From Candidatus Kapaibacterium sp. (lineage in GTDB: Bacteria > Bacteroidota > Ignavibacteria > Kapaibacteriales > UBA2268), in the NCBI GenBank assembly GCA_963665665.1, contig OY762428.1:480001-544000 (forward strand): 64,000 nucleotides of DNA, read 5' to 3'. The number at the start of each line of letters is the position of its first letter. The first letter of the stretch is position 1. Positions 59,495-64,000 of this stretch are shown piece by piece. The notes below the pieces were generated by a model. That model was given only the letters and a program-made list of their open reading frames with translations. It did no database searches and was not told the DNA's origin. A program made the translations under genes and the position numbers.

Positions 59495-59523
59495 AATATA
59501 ATGAACATATGTGCAAAAAGCAA
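59495..59523 (-). promoter_or_regulatory. sigma70-type promoter with a palindromic operator in the spacer
   Basis: Minus strand reads TTGCTT-17bp-TATATT; the spacer contains TGCACATATGTTCA. Confidence 0.6.
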
Positions 59524-59843
59524 GTTTTTTTTATATCTTCCGAAAAGTTTCTTCATCAGCTGATAAAACCATGGGGGGAATCATCAAATGTATCCACTAC
59601 TCCACCCTGATTGTAATTTATATCGGGCCAATATAAAAAATCAATTATACCGAAGCCCGTTTCGTCTGGCCAAAACATCTTACTGTAAATGTAACGGGCC
59701 GGGATGGTAAAAAAATTGATAAAGAAACACGACATTTATAAATAAGTTATTTTCCGAGTTTCTTGTTCCGGGTGCTTGCTTGATTTAGTTTTTGAAAAAC
59801 CGAGGGTTGGAAATTTTCAATTATTTTTCGGTGATAAGATATA

Positions 59844-60311
59844 TTAATCCTCTTCATCTTCAGGAATTTTGCAATCAATTTTCCTTTCTGCCGGAGGATT
59901 TTCAACTACAATTCTAACCATAAACGGGGAATTAGAAGCATTGCTGTGAATTGTAAAATCCACTATACGGTGATCCTTATCAAGGCCGTCCATATTTATT
60001 GTCATCTGTATTTTTCCCACTGACAAAGGAACAACATTAGAACTGAGAACTTTACCATTGGCACAGGAACAGGTAGCATCTATCTTTGTAATTTTTAAAA
60101 CGCCTCCACCCCTGTTCAAAACTTTAAAATCCTCCATGATGAATTGCCCTTCCGGGGCAGGAACAGTTAACACTGACGGTATAATATCAATTTCCGGTTT
60201 CAGTGTATCAGAATTTCCAGGTTTATCAATGAATAACTGGGCGTATGAAATATTCACAGAGGCAGCAAAAACCAAAATCGCGAAAAACAACTTTATCATT
60301 TCTGACCCCAT
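59844..60311 (-). CDS. DUF1573-like exported Ig-fold protein
   Basis: Signal peptide; FKVLNRGGGVLKITKIDATCSC and IHSNA. Confidence 0.8.
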   Translation of the reverse strand: MGSEMIKLFFAILVFAASVNISYAQLFIDKPGNSDTLKPEIDIIPSVLTVPAPEGQFIMEDFKVLNRGGGVLKITKIDATCSCANGKVLSSNVVPLSVGKIQMTINMDGLDKDHRIVDFTIHSNASNSPFMVRIVVENPPAERKIDCKIPEDEED

Positions 60312-61045
60312 TTTATATCCAATACTTCATTAAAAGACCAAAAACCTGTTTTTCCGTGAAGCCACAATGCCGCTTCCACAGCACCGTCAGCAAAACCTCT
60401 GCGGTTTCGTGCCCTGTGTGTCAGTTCAATTGTATCAGCAAAGGAATCCAGGTATAGTGTATGAGTACCAGGAATTTCTCCGCCCCTTGACGAACTGATG
60501 TGCAATTGTTCCGGTTTGATAGCATCCCTCGCAGTATCGTCCAGAATAGTATTTTTAATACTGACTTCTTCAAGGATGATATTTCCCAGGCTTACAGCAG
60601 TGCCGCTCGGGCTGTCTTTCTTTCTGTGGTGGTGCATCTCATGGAGAAAAATATCATACCCGGAATTTTTATTCATCAGCGAGGATGCAAACCGGGCTAT
60701 TCTAAAAAACATCTGCATTCCAATTGAAAAGTTTGAACCCCAGACCAAACCCACACCGTTACTTACTACAATATTCTTCACCTCATCCATTTTATCATAC
60801 CATCCGGTAACGCCGACAACTATATTTTTTCCCATTTCGGCAAACAGCCTGATATTATCGACAGCCGTGTCGGGAATAGAAAAATCGATTACAACATCGA
60901 AATTATAATTTTTCTCTTTCACAGGAAGATTATCAATATCAAATTTTTCCGAAACCTCGATGTTTCTGTTTCGGGCAGATTGTTCAATTTCCCTGCCCAT
61001 TGTACCATAGCCGGAAATGGCAATTATCGGATTATGATTATTCAT
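60296..61045 (-). CDS. dapB: 4-hydroxy-tetrahydrodipicolinate reductase
   Basis: Motifs GYGTMG, IDFS, GVTGW, NFSIG, EMHHHRKKDSPSGTA and FADGA. Confidence 0.96.
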   Translation of the reverse strand: MNNHNPIIAISGYGTMGREIEQSARNRNIEVSEKFDIDNLPVKEKNYNFDVVIDFSIPDTAVDNIRLFAEMGKNIVVGVTGWYDKMDEVKNIVVSNGVGLVWGSNFSIGMQMFFRIARFASSLMNKNSGYDIFLHEMHHHRKKDSPSGTAVSLGNIILEEVSIKNTILDDTARDAIKPEQLHISSSRGGEIPGTHTLYLDSFADTIELTHRARNRRGFADGAVEAALWLHGKTGFWSFNEVLDIKWGQK

Positions 61046-61054
61046 GAGATAATT

Positions 61055-61738
61055 TTAACTGAATGAAACAATTGTATCTTTCTTTATAAGCCTGCCTTCG
61101 TTCAAAGATGCTCTTGCTGCATCAGGGAAAGCTTTCAGCAGGCTGGAGTCATTACTTGTTACTATCAGCGAGGCACCCCGATCCAATGCTTTGTGCATCA
61201 TTTCAAAGATAAGTGCTTTCGATCCTTCGTCCAGGTTTTCAGACGGCTCATCGGCAACAATTATTTCAGGATCATGAGCAAAAGCCCTTGCTGATGAAAG
61301 CATTTTCTTCTCGCCAATTGAAAGTTCATTCGGATATTTCGTCCTCAGGTAACTGATATTAAGCATTGCCATAGTTTCAAGGCATTTCCTGTGCGCCTCA
61401 TCTTTGGAATTTTTATTCAGAACAAGTGGCAGCATAACATTTTCGTAGCATGTAAGATGCGATATAAGCTGCGGGTACTGAAACATAATTCCGCTAATCT
61501 GCCGGAGTAGCTTCCTTTTCCTGCCTTTGAATTTTTTCATAGGCTCGCCCCTGAAGAAAATATCACCAAGGGTTGGCTTCAAATCCCCGTATAGTAATTT
61601 TAGCAGGGTGGTTTTACCGGCTCCTGTCTGCCCACTCAATATTGTTATATAATTTTCATTGATACTCAGGCTTACATTTTTCAATGCCGGAATATTTTTC
61701 TGAAATTGTACCGAAACACTCTGCAGGTCAAATAGCAT
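61055..61738 (-). CDS. FtsE-like ABC ATP-binding protein (degenerate motifs)
   Basis: Motifs GQTGAGKTT, LSIGE and IVADEPSENLD; the H-loop reads TSN. ATG 61738 is preferred. Confidence 0.75.
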   Translation of the reverse strand: MLFDLQSVSVQFQKNIPALKNVSLSINENYITILSGQTGAGKTTLLKLLYGDLKPTLGDIFFRGEPMKKFKGRKRKLLRQISGIMFQYPQLISHLTCYENVMLPLVLNKNSKDEAHRKCLETMAMLNISYLRTKYPNELSIGEKKMLSSARAFAHDPEIIVADEPSENLDEGSKALIFEMMHKALDRGASLIVTSNDSSLLKAFPDAARASLNEGRLIKKDTIVSFS

Positions 61739-62172
61739 CTGAATCCTGTTCAAAATATACACACAGCTATGATTACGAAAATAATGATTAACTAACAAAT
61801 ATTGATTATTTTATTTTTAATATATTTTAACAGGCCTTCGGTTAGGATGTGTTTTACAATTAATTCTGTCGTGATGTATTCACCTCCGATTTGTACAGCC
61901 CTTATGATTTACACTGCTAATTTATCATTTAATGCTTCTTTCTTTGAAAGAACCAATTGCCTTTATCATGAAATTTTGTATTTAATCCACAGGTTTCGAT
62001 ACAAGTCGGAAATTAACCCCTGATTATATTAAAAAATGATTTGAATTGAAAATATAAATTATTAACTTAATATGTTAAAATATTGACAACAATTGCCAAA
62101 ACGGGGGGACGACGCTTGGGCAGCTTGATAAACAGATTATTTCCTGACATATCCAATCTACTTATTATCAGG

Positions 62173-64000
62173 ATGGCGATAATTGCCGTCATATTATCAT
62201 TTTTCTTCTTTGATAATATCATGGCCTATGATATTATCAATGTGATTTATCCCGACGGTATGAAGAAGCAGATCCGTACTTCAGGCATGGTAAACGGAAA
62301 TTATATATCCCTGGAACAGGCTTGCGGGATTTTGTTTCCTAATAAGCAATGCAGCTATATCGATGGAAGTTTTATCGTCGGGCACTACAGGATAAAAACA
62401 ACCCCTTCCTCTTTTTTCATTCTGATCGAAAGTGATACAGCTGTTAAATTAGCCCAGATGGTGACGCCGGCAATTGATAACAAACGTGGCATCCACGTGC
62501 CTTATCCTGCTTTTTTCAGAGCTTTGAATGATATTGGATTCCTGAAAGCCGATTTTCAGAATAATGCTAAATCAATGGAGTTTGAATTTCTGCCTGAATA
62601 TAGATCAAAAAACAGATCCCGGGCAAATATTGATGAAAACAAATTGCCACTCAACCTGAGATTATTTGAAAAAGACCAGGAAGTATACGAAAAAGCCAGA
62701 CAGTACAATACACTGAAGCCAACTGAAATCAGAAATGATTCAATAAGCAAGCACGATATACCCGAACACAAACCGGCTAAAATCGAAAATCCAAACCCTG
62801 ATGACGAGAAAATATATATTTTACCCGGAAAGCTCCGCAGAAAGCACATTGACGAAAAAAAGAATGACACCAGCCAAAAAAGTGACTTCTTTCCGCAAAA
62901 AGATATTAGCTTCGAACCTCTTTTTTCAGGGCCTCCATCAGATGTGAATTTTATCAAAATCAAAGATATTTTTTCGGTGAACCAGAATGGAATGACTCAG
63001 GTTAATATTATATCCGACAAAACAATAGAACACTACCACAAACCGGAAATCAAGGACGGTGAATTGATAATCCGGCTTCCTTATGCAGTTAATACCATTA
63101 CAGATTTCAGCCGTGCGGAAATGATATATCCGTTAGATTCGGTGCATATAGAAATCATCAGGGAGTTCCTATTGTACAAATTTATCCTTAAAGGCAATGT
63201 AAATGCCATGAAGGTTTCCCGTGTAGCCCCTGACCATATCGTTTATTCCATTTTTCATGATAATAAGAAATTTCCTGAAAGCACTCCGAAGCCCGAGAAA
63301 ATTCGCCCCGAAAAACCTGATTCTTCCGGCAAAGTCAATATTATCCGGTCAAAAAAACAAAATGAGACTAAAAACCGCTGGGATCTGGATTGCATCGTGC
63401 TTGATCCGGGCCACGGCGGAAAAGACCCCGGAGCTATTGGTATTCACGGGTACAAGGAAAAAGAATATGCTCTGAAAATTGCCCTGAAACTCAGGGAACT
63501 AATCCAAAAAGGACTGCCCGGAACAAAAGTAGTTATGACCCGGGAAGACGATACATTTATTCCCCTTTATAAACGCGGGCAGATAGCCAATAAAGCCGGC
63601 GGCAAACTCTTTATCAGTATCCACCTGAACTCAATGCCGAAGAAACCTTGGCATTCAAACGGTTTCGAATCATATATATTACGTCCCGGAAGAAATGACG
63701 ACGCGGTAAGGGTTGCCAATAAAGAAAATGCCTCGATTAAATTTGAGCAGGACCAGACAAAATATAAAAAACTTACCGAAGAGGAAATAATTATTGCTAC
63801 CATGGCTCAGAGCGCCTTTGTTAAACTTAGCGAACAATTTGCCGTTGAATTACAGAAGGAAGTAGGCAACACAACTCCTTTGAAGGACAGGGGCGTTAAT
63901 CAGGCCGGATTTTACGTTTTGGTGGGAGCATCAATGCCAAATGTATTATTCGAAGCAGGGTTTCTTTCTAATTCAAAAGACGAGAAGTATATGGTAAGCA
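62173..64000 (+). CDS. N-acetylmuramoyl-L-alanine amidase (Amidase_3), truncated by the right window edge; absent from the ORF track
   Basis: Frame 1 translation gives IVLDPGHGGKDPGA, EKEYAL, TREDDTFIPL..R, FISIHLNS and VLFEAGFLSN, with an N-terminal hydrophobic signal. The start may be TTG 62116 or 62125. Confidence 0.93.
   Translation, partial: MAIIAVILSFFFFDNIMAYDIINVIYPDGMKKQIRTSGMVNGNYISLEQACGILFPNKQCSYIDGSFIVGHYRIKTTPSSFFILIESDTAVKLAQMVTPAIDNKRGIHVPYPAFFRALNDIGFLKADFQNNAKSMEFEFLPEYRSKNRSRANIDENKLPLNLRLFEKDQEVYEKARQYNTLKPTEIRNDSISKHDIPEHKPAKIENPNPDDEKIYILPGKLRRKHIDEKKNDTSQKSDFFPQKDISFEPLFSGPPSDVNFIKIKDIFSVNQNGMTQVNIISDKTIEHYHKPEIKDGELIIRLPYAVNTITDFSRAEMIYPLDSVHIEIIREFLLYKFILKGNVNAMKVSRVAPDHIVYSIFHDNKKFPESTPKPEKIRPEKPDSSGKVNIIRSKKQNETKNRWDLDCIVLDPGHGGKDPGAIGIHGYKEKEYALKIALKLRELIQKGLPGTKVVMTREDDTFIPLYKRGQIANKAGGKLFISIHLNSMPKKPWHSNGFESYILRPGRNDDAVRVANKENASIKFEQDQTKYKKLTEEEIIIATMAQSAFVKLSEQFAVELQKEVGNTTPLKDRGVNQAGFYVLVGASMPNVLFEAGFLSNSKDEKYMVS

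Noticed and set aside
59556-59740. Moco/NiCo riboswitch or a ~59-aa ORF upstream of the DUF134 operon
   Set aside because: A GCCCGTT/AACGGGC stem exists but lacks the riboswitch consensus and lies upstream of the predicted promoter. The ORF has no RBS or recognisable motif.

Overview
An AT-rich, gene-dense bacterial chromosomal window, most likely from an anaerobic FCB-group organism outside the Bacteroidia (Ignavibacteria/Kapabacteria-like). This placement is inferred from T9SS C-terminal sorting domains, Bacteroidetes-type TAnnTTTG promoters, separate secD and secF genes, and a flagellar FlhA. Housekeeping genes (lysC, purC, glgA, hutI, secDF, etfAB, uvrA, rlmI-like, dapB, an amidase) are interleaved with envelope and accessory genes. 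I saw no rRNA, tRNA, CRISPR array, intact IS element or prophage. Main points of interest: (i) a Cyc2-like fused monoheme cytochrome-porin next to a periplasmic cytochrome c, and nearby a lipoprotein with an EB_dh-type heme domain on four Ig-like repeats, together a candidate extracellular electron-transfer kit; (ii) a ~98% identical 937-bp direct repeat (1-937 vs 51829-52765) covering the C-terminus and terminator of a 1886-aa T9SS surface protein; (iii) a full-length Rpn nuclease plus a mini-Rpn whose nuclease core is deleted in frame at a 7-bp microhomology; (iv) a promoter- and terminator-bounded candidate small RNA at about 6740-6875; (v) a low-GC Cys-rich secreted peptide / propeller-like / CxxC cassette; (vi) a solitary flhA with a sigma54 promoter; (vii) an ECF sigma factor with a putative trans-envelope anti-sigma; (viii) a split hpnCD/hpnE squalene pathway with an orphan nuoE. 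All family assignments come from motif recognition by eye, not database searches.
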